A program made the translations under genes and the position numbers. From Clostridiaceae bacterium (GTDB lineage Bacteria > Bacillota > Clostridia > Christensenellales > CAG-138): a DNA stretch of 64,000 bases. This document shows positions 7,646 through 15,721 of the stretch, in pieces. The DNA lies in contig JBDKTD010000020.1 in the NCBI GenBank assembly GCA_039680365.1, forward strand, positions 1,521-65,520. Reading direction: 5' to 3'. How positions within the stretch are numbered: position 1 is the first letter of the stretch; every line of letters begins with the position of its first letter. Below the pieces are notes generated by a model. That model had not been told where the DNA came from. It saw nothing but the letters and a program-made list of their open reading frames with translations, and made no database searches.

Positions 7646-8962
7646 ATGAAATCAACCAAGAAATGGGTCGCACTGATTCTGACCCTGCTGCTGGCGCTGT
7701 CGCTGACGGTTACGAGCGCCGCGGCGTCCGAAAACGCCGTTGCCGACGCGCGCAATGGCGTTGTCCGCATCGTGTTTACCTATACGCTGGATGGGGAACC
7801 GGACGGTCAAATGGGCACGGGTTTCTTCGTTGGCGAAGAAGGCAAACCCGTGGAGTATATCCTTACCAACGCGCACGTTGTTACGGTTTACGATCAGTAC
7901 ACCGGAGACGTGCTGGGTACGGCGGACGAAGTGGACGTCGTATTTGACGATTACAACGAAGATTCTACCATGACGGCAAAGGTGCTCAAAATTTTCGACA
8001 ACGGCGTCGATCTCGCGGTGCTCCGGCTGGAAGCGCCGACCACGCTGCGTCAGCCGCTCAAAATGCTCAGCGCCGACTCCGTGGATATCATGGACAAAGT
8101 TTACGCACTGGGCTTCCCGGGAATTGCGGACGATACGAGCGGTATTGTCAGTTCCAATGTTGAAGACGTCACTATTACGAGCGGCAGCGTAACCAAGGAG
8201 TCGTTCATGGAAGGCAGCGTCAACTTCCTGCAGATCGACGCCGCTATCAGCTCCGGCAATTCCGGCGGCCCGCTGGTGGACGCCAACGGCAACGTCGTCG
8301 GTATCAACACGCAGGCTACCAACCCAGACGTTGGAACCGGTCTGGGCCGCGCGCTCTATATCGACTACGCAATGGACTATTTCGATACCATGGGGTATCC
8401 CTACATGAAGGCGTCCGACAACACCGAAGTACCGGTTACGACGGACGAACTGCCCGCGCCGGAACCCGAACCCGCTCCGACGCCGAGCCTGCCATGGTAT
8501 GTCTTTGCGGCAATCGGCGTTGCCGCCGCCGCGATCATCGCGCTGGTAATCGTTCTTGCGCTCAAGAGCAAAAAGAAACAGACGAACGAATATATTGCGC
8601 CCAACCCCGAACCCGCACCGACGCCGCGGGCCTCTTCCGCGCCGTTCAAGGGCAGGCAGATTATGAATGTCGGTCAGGCCAGCTCGCTGGGCGGTAAAAC
8701 GTACCCCGTGCAGGGCAAGCTCGTCATCGGCCGCGATCCGGCCAAGTGCCAGGTTGTGTTCCCGGCAAAAACGCCGGGCATCAGCAGCGCGCACTGCTCC
8801 GTACAGGAAATTGCGCAGGGCGTCGTGGTCACCGACCTCGGCTCCTCCTATGGCACCTTCCTGGAGAACGGAACGAAACTTGAACCCAACAAGCCCTACA
8901 CCGTTCCGATTGGGGAAGCGTTCTATCTGGCTTCCAAGGACAACGGCTTCCGCGTGAAATAA
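7646..8962 (+). CDS. Secreted trypsin-like (S1C/HtrA-like) serine protease - TM helix - cytoplasmic FHA domain fusion
   Basis: Signal peptide MKSTKKWVALILTLLLALSL. Triad context TNAHVV / DLAVLRL / GNSGGPLVD. TM helix WYVFAAIGVAAAAIIALVIVLAL followed by KSKKK. C-terminal FHA LVIGRD..VVFP..ISSAHC...SSYGTFLENG. Confidence 0.85.
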   Translation: MKSTKKWVALILTLLLALSLTVTSAAASENAVADARNGVVRIVFTYTLDGEPDGQMGTGFFVGEEGKPVEYILTNAHVVTVYDQYTGDVLGTADEVDVVFDDYNEDSTMTAKVLKIFDNGVDLAVLRLEAPTTLRQPLKMLSADSVDIMDKVYALGFPGIADDTSGIVSSNVEDVTITSGSVTKESFMEGSVNFLQIDAAISSGNSGGPLVDANGNVVGINTQATNPDVGTGLGRALYIDYAMDYFDTMGYPYMKASDNTEVPVTTDELPAPEPEPAPTPSLPWYVFAAIGVAAAAIIALVIVLALKSKKKQTNEYIAPNPEPAPTPRASSAPFKGRQIMNVGQASSLGGKTYPVQGKLVIGRDPAKCQVVFPAKTPGISSAHCSVQEIAQGVVVTDLGSSYGTFLENGTKLEPNKPYTVPIGEAFYLASKDNGFRVK

Positions 8963-9008
8963 AACCGTAATGGGCGCTGAACTGCGCCCGACGCGGACGA
9001 GGTAACAG

Positions 9009-10457
9009 TTGGAGAGTTTCCAGACACACAAACTATGCTATCACTGCATGCAGAACGCCGTAGAAAACGGCGTCTGCAGGAGCTGCGGAAGCATTGCCGA
9101 AACCGTACAGTCCGTGCCGTATGCTTTGCCATGCGGCACGGTTCTGCATGGCTGCTATCTGCTCGGCACGGTGCTTGGCGCGGGCGGGTTTGGTATTACC
9201 TATATCGCGCTGCGCCTGCCGGAGGGCCGGCGGGTTGCGATTAAGGAGTATTTTCCTGTGGAGGCCGCTTTTCGCGAAACGGGGGATACGTTCGTCTGCA
9301 GCAGCGAAGTCGGCGCGGAAGCGTTTCGCCGCGGGCGTGAACAGTTTCTCAAGGAAGCGCAGACGATTTACCGCCTGCGCGGCTATCCGGGAATTGTGAG
9401 CGTTGAAAAGCTGTTTGAAGAGAACAATACGGCGTACTTCAGCATGGAATACCTCGATGGGTACGATCTCAAGCACCGCGTTGCGCAGGCGGGCGGGCGG
9501 CTGAACGCCGCGGAAACCCTGCAGACGTTCGCGCCCGTGCTGGACGCGCTGGACTACATCCACAGAAGCGGCGTCATCCACCGCGACGTCAGCCCGGACA
9601 ACATTTTTTTATGCCGGAGCGGCGGGGTCAAGCTTATCGATTTCGGCGCGGCGTACGCGCGTTCGCGGGATAACCTGCGCAATATCCAGCTCATCGTCAA
9701 ACAGGGCTACGCGCCCGTGGAACAGTACTATCAGGATGGCGACGTAGGTCCCTGGTCGGATTTGTACGCGCTGTCAAGCGCCATGTATTACTGCCTGACC
9801 GGAACGGTTCCGCCGCCCGCCCTCCAGCGGGCGCAGAAAGACGAACTGGTTTCGCCAACAAAGCTCGGCGCCGCGATCTCCGTCTCTATGGAAGCGGCAA
9901 TCCTCAAGGGGATGTCGGTGGAACGCAGCGCGCGGTTCTCCAGCGCGGCGGAGATGAAAGCGCGGCTGAGCGCCTGCGCGGGGGAGACGCGCGCCGTCTC
10001 GGGCGAAACGGCTCCCGCAAGGTCGCTTCTCTTGTTGCTCAGGCAGGGAACGGATCAGATTCGAGGCGCTTTTCAGCGTAAAACGTCCGCCGAGCGCGGC
10101 GGGAGCAGAGCGGTTGCCCCGCAGACGCAGATGGGTATTTTCTGCGCTTCCGGCGTGTACGTCGGCAACACGTTTCCGCTCACGGACGACCCGCTTCTGC
10201 TGGGACGGGATGCAAACCGCTGCGGCGTCGTCTTTCCGCCGGACGCAACCGGCGTCAGCCGCGTGCATTGCGAAATTCGCGCAAACGCCGCGGCAAAGTG
10301 CATTGTGCTGCGGGACGTCGGCTCGCGGTTCGGAACACAAATTGCCGAAGGCGCGCTGCTGCACGCGGGCGAGGAACAGACGCTGCCCGTCGGCGCGGGG
10401 TTTCTGATCGGCAAAGAATATTTTACGGTCGTGCTGGTGGAGATTGGCAAGCCCTGA
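9009..10457 (+). CDS. Zinc-ribbon Hanks-type Ser/Thr kinase with C-terminal FHA domain (soluble)
   Basis: TTG start after a GAGG RBS. CYHC...CRSCG ribbon. Kinase motifs GAGGFG, VAIKEY, HRDVSPDN, DFGAA, GYAPVEQY. FHA motifs LLLGRD..VVFP..VSRVHC...GSRFGT. Confidence 0.85.
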   Translation: MESFQTHKLCYHCMQNAVENGVCRSCGSIAETVQSVPYALPCGTVLHGCYLLGTVLGAGGFGITYIALRLPEGRRVAIKEYFPVEAAFRETGDTFVCSSEVGAEAFRRGREQFLKEAQTIYRLRGYPGIVSVEKLFEENNTAYFSMEYLDGYDLKHRVAQAGGRLNAAETLQTFAPVLDALDYIHRSGVIHRDVSPDNIFLCRSGGVKLIDFGAAYARSRDNLRNIQLIVKQGYAPVEQYYQDGDVGPWSDLYALSSAMYYCLTGTVPPPALQRAQKDELVSPTKLGAAISVSMEAAILKGMSVERSARFSSAAEMKARLSACAGETRAVSGETAPARSLLLLLRQGTDQIRGAFQRKTSAERGGSRAVAPQTQMGIFCASGVYVGNTFPLTDDPLLLGRDANRCGVVFPPDATGVSRVHCEIRANAAAKCIVLRDVGSRFGTQIAEGALLHAGEEQTLPVGAGFLIGKEYFTVVLVEIGKP

Positions 10458-10503
10458 GGCACAGGGCGATTTCACCGGGCGGCGAAAGACCAAAGGAGAC
10501 AAC

Positions 10504-11223
10504 ATGCGCTTTGATGACGCGGCATATTCCAATATCGGCGGCAGGGACGTCAATGAGGACGCAACGCTCTGCCGTCAGCAGGAAGGCGCGCTGCTCGCCG
10601 CCGTCGCGGACGGCTTAGGCGGTCACGGCGGCGGGGAGATCGCTTCTTCCACCGCGCTCCTTGCACTAAAAGCCAGCCTGCAGCGGCTGATCCCCCCGAA
10701 AGAAGACATACTCCGGACAGTCACTGCGGAGCTCAATCTGGCGGTACTGGCCAAACAAACCGAACAGTTCAAGATGAAAACAACGCTTGCCATGGCGCTG
10801 ACGGACGGGGAGACGCTTGCGTTTCTGCATGTCGGCGACAGCAGGGTTTATTATTTCCACGGCGGAGAGATCGCCTACCAGTCCACCGACCACAGCGTTT
10901 CCCAGCTTGCGGTGCTGGCAAACGAGATCACGAAAGAACAGATTCGTTTCCACGAGGACCGCAGCAGGCTGCTCCGCTCGCTGGGCAGCGAAGGAAGCGC
11001 CGCGCCGGAAATCAAGCTCGTGCCCGGCGCGCCGGTTCCGGGGGACGCGCTTTTACTGTGCACGGACGGGTTCTGGGAATACGTTCTGGAAAAAGAGATG
11101 CAAAAAGAGCTCAAGCGCACGAAGACCGCAAAGGACTGGCTGGAGCAAATGAAAAAGTATATCCGCCGCCGCGCGGGAAAAAGGAACGACAACAACTCCG
11201 CGGTCGCGGTTCGAATTGGATAA
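10504..11223 (+). CDS. PP2C-family Ser/Thr phosphatase (soluble)
   Basis: Start MRFDDAAYS after an AAAGGAG RBS. Motifs GGRDVNEDA, VADGLGGHGGGE, HVGDSR, LCTDGF, DNNSAVAV. Confidence 0.85.
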   Translation: MRFDDAAYSNIGGRDVNEDATLCRQQEGALLAAVADGLGGHGGGEIASSTALLALKASLQRLIPPKEDILRTVTAELNLAVLAKQTEQFKMKTTLAMALTDGETLAFLHVGDSRVYYFHGGEIAYQSTDHSVSQLAVLANEITKEQIRFHEDRSRLLRSLGSEGSAAPEIKLVPGAPVPGDALLLCTDGFWEYVLEKEMQKELKRTKTAKDWLEQMKKYIRRRAGKRNDNNSAVAVRIG

Positions 11224-11297
11224 TACTCCGACCGGCTTTGACCGCTGGAGCGGGCGCGCGCACACAATTGAAAAATAGACTCTCAGGAGGCAGGCTT

Positions 11298-12848
11298 ATG
11301 CGATTTCGTCAAATAAAGAGACTCTTGATGCTCGCCATGGCGCTGGTATTCGCGCTGGCGGGCATACCGTCCGCGCTTGCGCAGGACGAGGCGCAGCTGC
11401 AGATTGCGGGCGGCAACGCCAGCGGGGACGTATACCAGATCGTGTTTTACTCCAGTGCGCCGGATGCGCCCACGGCGGAAACGCTGAGCGTCCAGATTGA
11501 CGGCCAGCCCGTAGATCTCAAGAGCGTCAACCCGATTTCCTACGCCGATCCGGGCACGACGTATGTTATTCTGTTCGACACCAACACCGCCGTAACCGAG
11601 CGCGCCCTGCCGGATATGAAGAGCATTGCCGAGCGGGTTCTCGCTGGCATGGGGACGCAGGACAACGCTCTGATTGCACCGTTGGGCGGAAAAATTGCAG
11701 CTTCGGACATCACGGACGACGCGGATAAACTGAACGCCTCCATTGCGGCGCTGGCAAAGGACGAAGGCGGAACCGATCTGTACTCCACCATGTCCGACGC
11801 GCTCAAACTGCTCAACGGAACGGATGTTTCCCTGCGGCCCAGAAAGTGCCTGATCGTCATGGCGGACGGGCTGGACAGCTCATCCAGCGGCATTTCCGCG
11901 CTGGAACTTTCCAACCAGATTTCAACTTCGAACGTGCCGATCTATACGATCGCGCTGACCTACAACACAAAGACAACCGAACGTGTGGAAGCGGCAAAGA
12001 CAATCTCCGGCTTTGCGCGCCAGTCGCCCGGCGGCCTGAGCCAGATGCTCAAGACCGACGGCGTTACGGTGGAAAGCGCGGCGGACGCGATTTTGGCGCA
12101 GCATGATTTAAACTACCTTGCCGTTCTGGACAGCGCGAAAGTGCGCGCGGTTTCGCAGGGAGACAGCGCGGAAGTGGCGCTGACGTTTACCGCCGCTTCC
12201 GGCACGCTTTCCGACACGCAGGCGCTCTCGCTTGCGAACCTGCCGAAGGCGGAAGCCACGGCGCAGCCTACCGCGGAACCCGCCGCTACTGTTGCGGAAT
12301 CGCCCCAGCCGGTCATTGATAACGGCGAGGAGAAGAGCTTTTTCGGCGTTGTAAAAGAAAAACTGCTTGCGCTGCCCGTCTGGGTTCTCTTTACGGCGGG
12401 TGCGGCGGTTGTCGTCGTTATTGCGCTGATCGTTTTACTGGCGAGCCTCAGCAAGAAAAAGAAAAAGAGCAAGGCGCCCGCGCCCGGTACGGTCGTCCGC
12501 TTTGGCGCAGTTTCCGAAGAGACGCCGAGCATGTCCGGTGCGCCGGATATCTGCGTGGTGCGCCTCGGTGAAAAGGAAAAAATCTGCTGCGAAATCACCA
12601 TGCCGCTGAGCTTTGCCATCGGCAAAAATCCGAAAAACGCGCAGTTGATTCTGGCGGACGATCCGGTGATCGCTCCCGTGCAGTGCCGTCTCCTCTGGAA
12701 GGACGGCGCGGTTTGGGTGGAGGAAAAGAGTAAAAAGAGCAAAACGCTGCTCAACGGCTCACCCATCGTGCGCCCCGTCCGCCTGAATTCGGGGGACGTG
12801 CTCCAGATGGGTTCGTTCGAGTACCGCGTGTTCTGGGAACAACGCTAA
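11298..12848 (+). CDS. Secreted vWA domain - TM helix - cytoplasmic FHA-like domain protein
   Basis: Start MRFRQIKRLL after AGGAGG, with signal peptide ...PSALAQD. vWA-like core YVILFDTNTAV ... GGTDLYS ... CLIVMADGLDSSS. TM helix WVLFTAGAAVVVVIALIVLLASL followed by SKKKKKSK. The C-terminal FHA fold has altered signature residues (GK, no SxxH). Confidence 0.75.
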   Translation: MRFRQIKRLLMLAMALVFALAGIPSALAQDEAQLQIAGGNASGDVYQIVFYSSAPDAPTAETLSVQIDGQPVDLKSVNPISYADPGTTYVILFDTNTAVTERALPDMKSIAERVLAGMGTQDNALIAPLGGKIAASDITDDADKLNASIAALAKDEGGTDLYSTMSDALKLLNGTDVSLRPRKCLIVMADGLDSSSSGISALELSNQISTSNVPIYTIALTYNTKTTERVEAAKTISGFARQSPGGLSQMLKTDGVTVESAADAILAQHDLNYLAVLDSAKVRAVSQGDSAEVALTFTAASGTLSDTQALSLANLPKAEATAQPTAEPAATVAESPQPVIDNGEEKSFFGVVKEKLLALPVWVLFTAGAAVVVVIALIVLLASLSKKKKKSKAPAPGTVVRFGAVSEETPSMSGAPDICVVRLGEKEKICCEITMPLSFAIGKNPKNAQLILADDPVIAPVQCRLLWKDGAVWVEEKSKKSKTLLNGSPIVRPVRLNSGDVLQMGSFEYRVFWEQR

Positions 12849-12872
12849 TTTACGTCGAGGAGAAACAGATAC

Positions 12873-15617
12873 GTGCTGAAACCGGAAGAAACATGCATGC
12901 GCTGCTTTGCGCAGCTCGCGAAGCCAAAAGGCGTCTGTCCCCAGTGCGGCTGCGACAATGCCGCGGCCTCCAACGAAGCGCACCAGCTGGAATGCGGCAG
13001 CATTCTGGCGGGTACCTACCTTATCGGCAAGGTGCTTGGACAGGGCGGGTTTGGAATTACCTACATCGGCTGGGACCTCAACCTGGATATCAAGGTTGCG
13101 ATCAAGGAATATTACCCCGAAGGGTGCGTCACGCGCGACGCGCATACGCATATTTCCGTTTTGACCTACGCGGGTCCGAAGGAAGCGTACTTTCAAAAGG
13201 GCAAGGAGCGGTTCGTCAACGAAGCCAAAGCGCTTGCCAAATTCCCAGGCGACAGCGGCGTGGTCGGCGTTCGCACGTTCTTCTACGAAAACGGGACGGC
13301 GTATATCGTAATGGACTTCGTGGAGGGCGAAACGCTCAAGGCGTACGCCCAGCGCCGGGGTGGTAAGCTGCCCGCGGCGGAAGTGCTTTCGCTGTTTCAG
13401 CCAATCTTCCGCTCGCTCGCCCGCGTGCACGACAGCGGCCTGCTGCACCGCGACATCAGCCCGGACAACCTCATGCTGAAAACGGACGGCATGCTGGCGC
13501 TGCTCGACTTTGGCGCCGCGCGTCAGATTTCCGCAGAAGGCGAACACTCCAACACAATCAACGTTAAGCACGGGTTCGCCCCGGAAGAGCAGTACCGCAC
13601 GCGCGGCGAACAGGGCCCGTGGACGGACGTTTACGCGCTTTGTGCGACGATTTACCGCCTCACTACGGGCAGAACGCCGCCGGAAGCGCTTGACCGCATG
13701 GCCGACGGAACGCTGCTCACGCCCCCCAATCAACTGGGCGCGGACTTTACGCCCGCGCAGGAAGCGGCAATTCTCCACGGTCTGGCGGTGCGCGCTTCCG
13801 ACCGGACAAGGGATGTAAGGCAACTGGAGAAGGAACTCTACGGCGGGGAAAGAACGGTTTTTGCAACGTCGCCTTTGAGCGTTTCTTATGAACCCGCCGC
13901 GCCGCAGTCGTCGTTTATCACGCAGCCGCTGACGAGAAGCGAGGAACCCGCAGCGTCGAGCGCGCCTCGGTCGTCGTTTGTCACACAGCCGCAATCTTCC
14001 TATGTCACACAGCCGCAACCGGCGAGCGTGGCACCCGTGAAAGACAGCGGGGCTTTTGCGGGAAACACTCCTGATGCGGCGCCGCTGGACGACGCAGAGC
14101 GGCAGGAAGAAAAACGCAAAAAGGGTAAAAAAGCTCGCACGATTGCTACGTCTATCGCTTTTGCAGTTTTGCTGATTATGACGTTGTTTGCATTTACCGG
14201 CATAGGTGGGTTTCTTCTGATCGGCTTACTCATTCTGGATGCTATCGGGCTGTTCTGGCTTTTGCTGCACAAGGGTGTACTCAAAAACGTAGATCATTCA
14301 GGAAAGATTGAGAAAGCCGCTTCGTTGATCACGTTATCCGGCGGCGCGTTGTCGCTTGCGCTGATCCTCGCGGGAGTTATCGCCGCCCTGAGCGCTCCTT
14401 CCGGTCCGGCGTCGGCACAAGCCGCCACGGAACCGCCGGCTTCCGCTGAACAGCCCGCCGCCACGCTCGACCCGACAATCGTCATTGACTGGCAGGATCC
14501 CACCATCGAGGCGGGAATTCGCAGCGCCATCGGCAAGAGCGAAGGGGAAGCGATCACGACGGGAGACGTGGCGTACATCTACAGCCTTAAAATAGCGGGT
14601 GATACGCTCTATATCAACGACGATTCTGTTTGGCCGTATGTTAATACATATGACAACACCTACTCGGTGGACAACGGGCAGACCTCGCTGCCGATTTCCG
14701 ACCAGACAATTTCGCTTGCAGACTTGGTAAACTTCGGCGGCTTAACAGTGCTGAATGTGTATGCGGTCAACGTATCCGGTTTGGAGTCGCTGAACGACTG
14801 CATTAGTTTGAATACGGTTTGGCTGGATGCCTGCGGCAATGTCGACCTGAATGAGTTTTCCAGTTGCGATCAATTATACGAACTTTCTATTTCTGACTGC
14901 GACGAGGTTGTGCTGACGGGCGCAGGAGAAAAGCTTTTTATCGGCAGTCTCTCGCTGAGCAACTGCGGTACGGTTGACGCTGGGGAACTCGCGCAGTTTA
15001 CCAACTTGAGTTCGCTGAGTATTTGGGCCGCTCCCCTGTCTTCCGCTGAACAAATCGGCAGCATGACGAACCTGACGAGTCTTGCAATGGGGTATAACGG
15101 TGTTTCGAATCTCGACTTTCTGCGGAATCTAGCGAATTTGTCTTCTTTATCGCTGAGCGGAGAAGAGATTACGGAACTTCCTTCGCTGGACGCGCTGACG
15201 GAGCTGACATTGCTTCATCTGACGTTCTGCACGCTGGACGATTCCGATCTGCAGCAGATTGCTTCTCATACCGCACTTACAGAGCTGATGCTCGACGGAT
15301 GCCCGTTTTCGGATTTGTCGTTTGTTGAAAATCTAGCCAATTTAGTTGTTATCTCATTTGACAGTTCGGAAGTTCGGGATATTACTCCTTTGAAGAATCT
15401 GACAAAGCTGGAGACGCTCTGGCTTATGTATATTGACGTAAACGATATCAGCGCGCTGAAGAACTGTAAGAGCCTGAAACGCGTTTACATAGTGAGCACA
15501 CGGGTTTCGAACTATTCTCCGCTGGAAGGGCTGCCTATCGAGTATATCAGCGTTGATGCTGCGTACACGGATCAAGTTCGCTCGATCCTGCCCAACGCGA
15601 TCGTTGATTCCTGGTAA
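12873..15617 (+). CDS. Zinc-ribbon Ser/Thr receptor kinase with extracellular leucine-rich-repeat domain
   Basis: GTG start after AGGAG. CMRC..CPQCG ribbon. Kinase motifs GQGGFG, VAIKEY, HRDISPDN, DFGAA, APEEQY. Two TM helices around residues 425-470 and one near 495. The C-terminal 330 aa or so carry internalin-like LRRs (..LTNLSSLSL.., DISALKNCKSLKRVYI). Confidence 0.85.
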   Translation: MLKPEETCMRCFAQLAKPKGVCPQCGCDNAAASNEAHQLECGSILAGTYLIGKVLGQGGFGITYIGWDLNLDIKVAIKEYYPEGCVTRDAHTHISVLTYAGPKEAYFQKGKERFVNEAKALAKFPGDSGVVGVRTFFYENGTAYIVMDFVEGETLKAYAQRRGGKLPAAEVLSLFQPIFRSLARVHDSGLLHRDISPDNLMLKTDGMLALLDFGAARQISAEGEHSNTINVKHGFAPEEQYRTRGEQGPWTDVYALCATIYRLTTGRTPPEALDRMADGTLLTPPNQLGADFTPAQEAAILHGLAVRASDRTRDVRQLEKELYGGERTVFATSPLSVSYEPAAPQSSFITQPLTRSEEPAASSAPRSSFVTQPQSSYVTQPQPASVAPVKDSGAFAGNTPDAAPLDDAERQEEKRKKGKKARTIATSIAFAVLLIMTLFAFTGIGGFLLIGLLILDAIGLFWLLLHKGVLKNVDHSGKIEKAASLITLSGGALSLALILAGVIAALSAPSGPASAQAATEPPASAEQPAATLDPTIVIDWQDPTIEAGIRSAIGKSEGEAITTGDVAYIYSLKIAGDTLYINDDSVWPYVNTYDNTYSVDNGQTSLPISDQTISLADLVNFGGLTVLNVYAVNVSGLESLNDCISLNTVWLDACGNVDLNEFSSCDQLYELSISDCDEVVLTGAGEKLFIGSLSLSNCGTVDAGELAQFTNLSSLSIWAAPLSSAEQIGSMTNLTSLAMGYNGVSNLDFLRNLANLSSLSLSGEEITELPSLDALTELTLLHLTFCTLDDSDLQQIASHTALTELMLDGCPFSDLSFVENLANLVVISFDSSEVRDITPLKNLTKLETLWLMYIDVNDISALKNCKSLKRVYIVSTRVSNYSPLEGLPIEYISVDAAYTDQVRSILPNAIVDSW

Positions 15618-15721
15618 ATCGCCTTCAACCGTCCGACATTGATGGAAGAAGCGGAATATGCTCGCTATTGCTTGAGGGATAACGCGCTGATAGCGTGAGG
15701 GAACCGCCAAGGGGGTTAAAC

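Noticed and set aside
8963-9008. Small hairpin GGGCGC-TGAACT-GCGCCC between the protease-FHA and kinase-FHA genes, as a possible internal terminator.
   Set aside because: It has only a 6-bp stem and no U tract, and the next gene's RBS follows immediately. More likely it is neutral or a minor RNA-stability element.
7652-9031. 459-aa minus-strand ORF antisense to the protease-FHA gene. Similar long antisense ORFs occur at 12759-14018, 17851-19794, 22383-23483, 29476-30798, 43300-44439, 46164-47105, 51283-52425 and 60870-62447.
   Set aside because: Their translations are Arg/Gly/Ala/His-rich low-complexity sequence with no motifs. This is typical of open antisense frames in GC-rich genes. In every case the opposite strand encodes a protein with clear domain signatures, an RBS and operon context.
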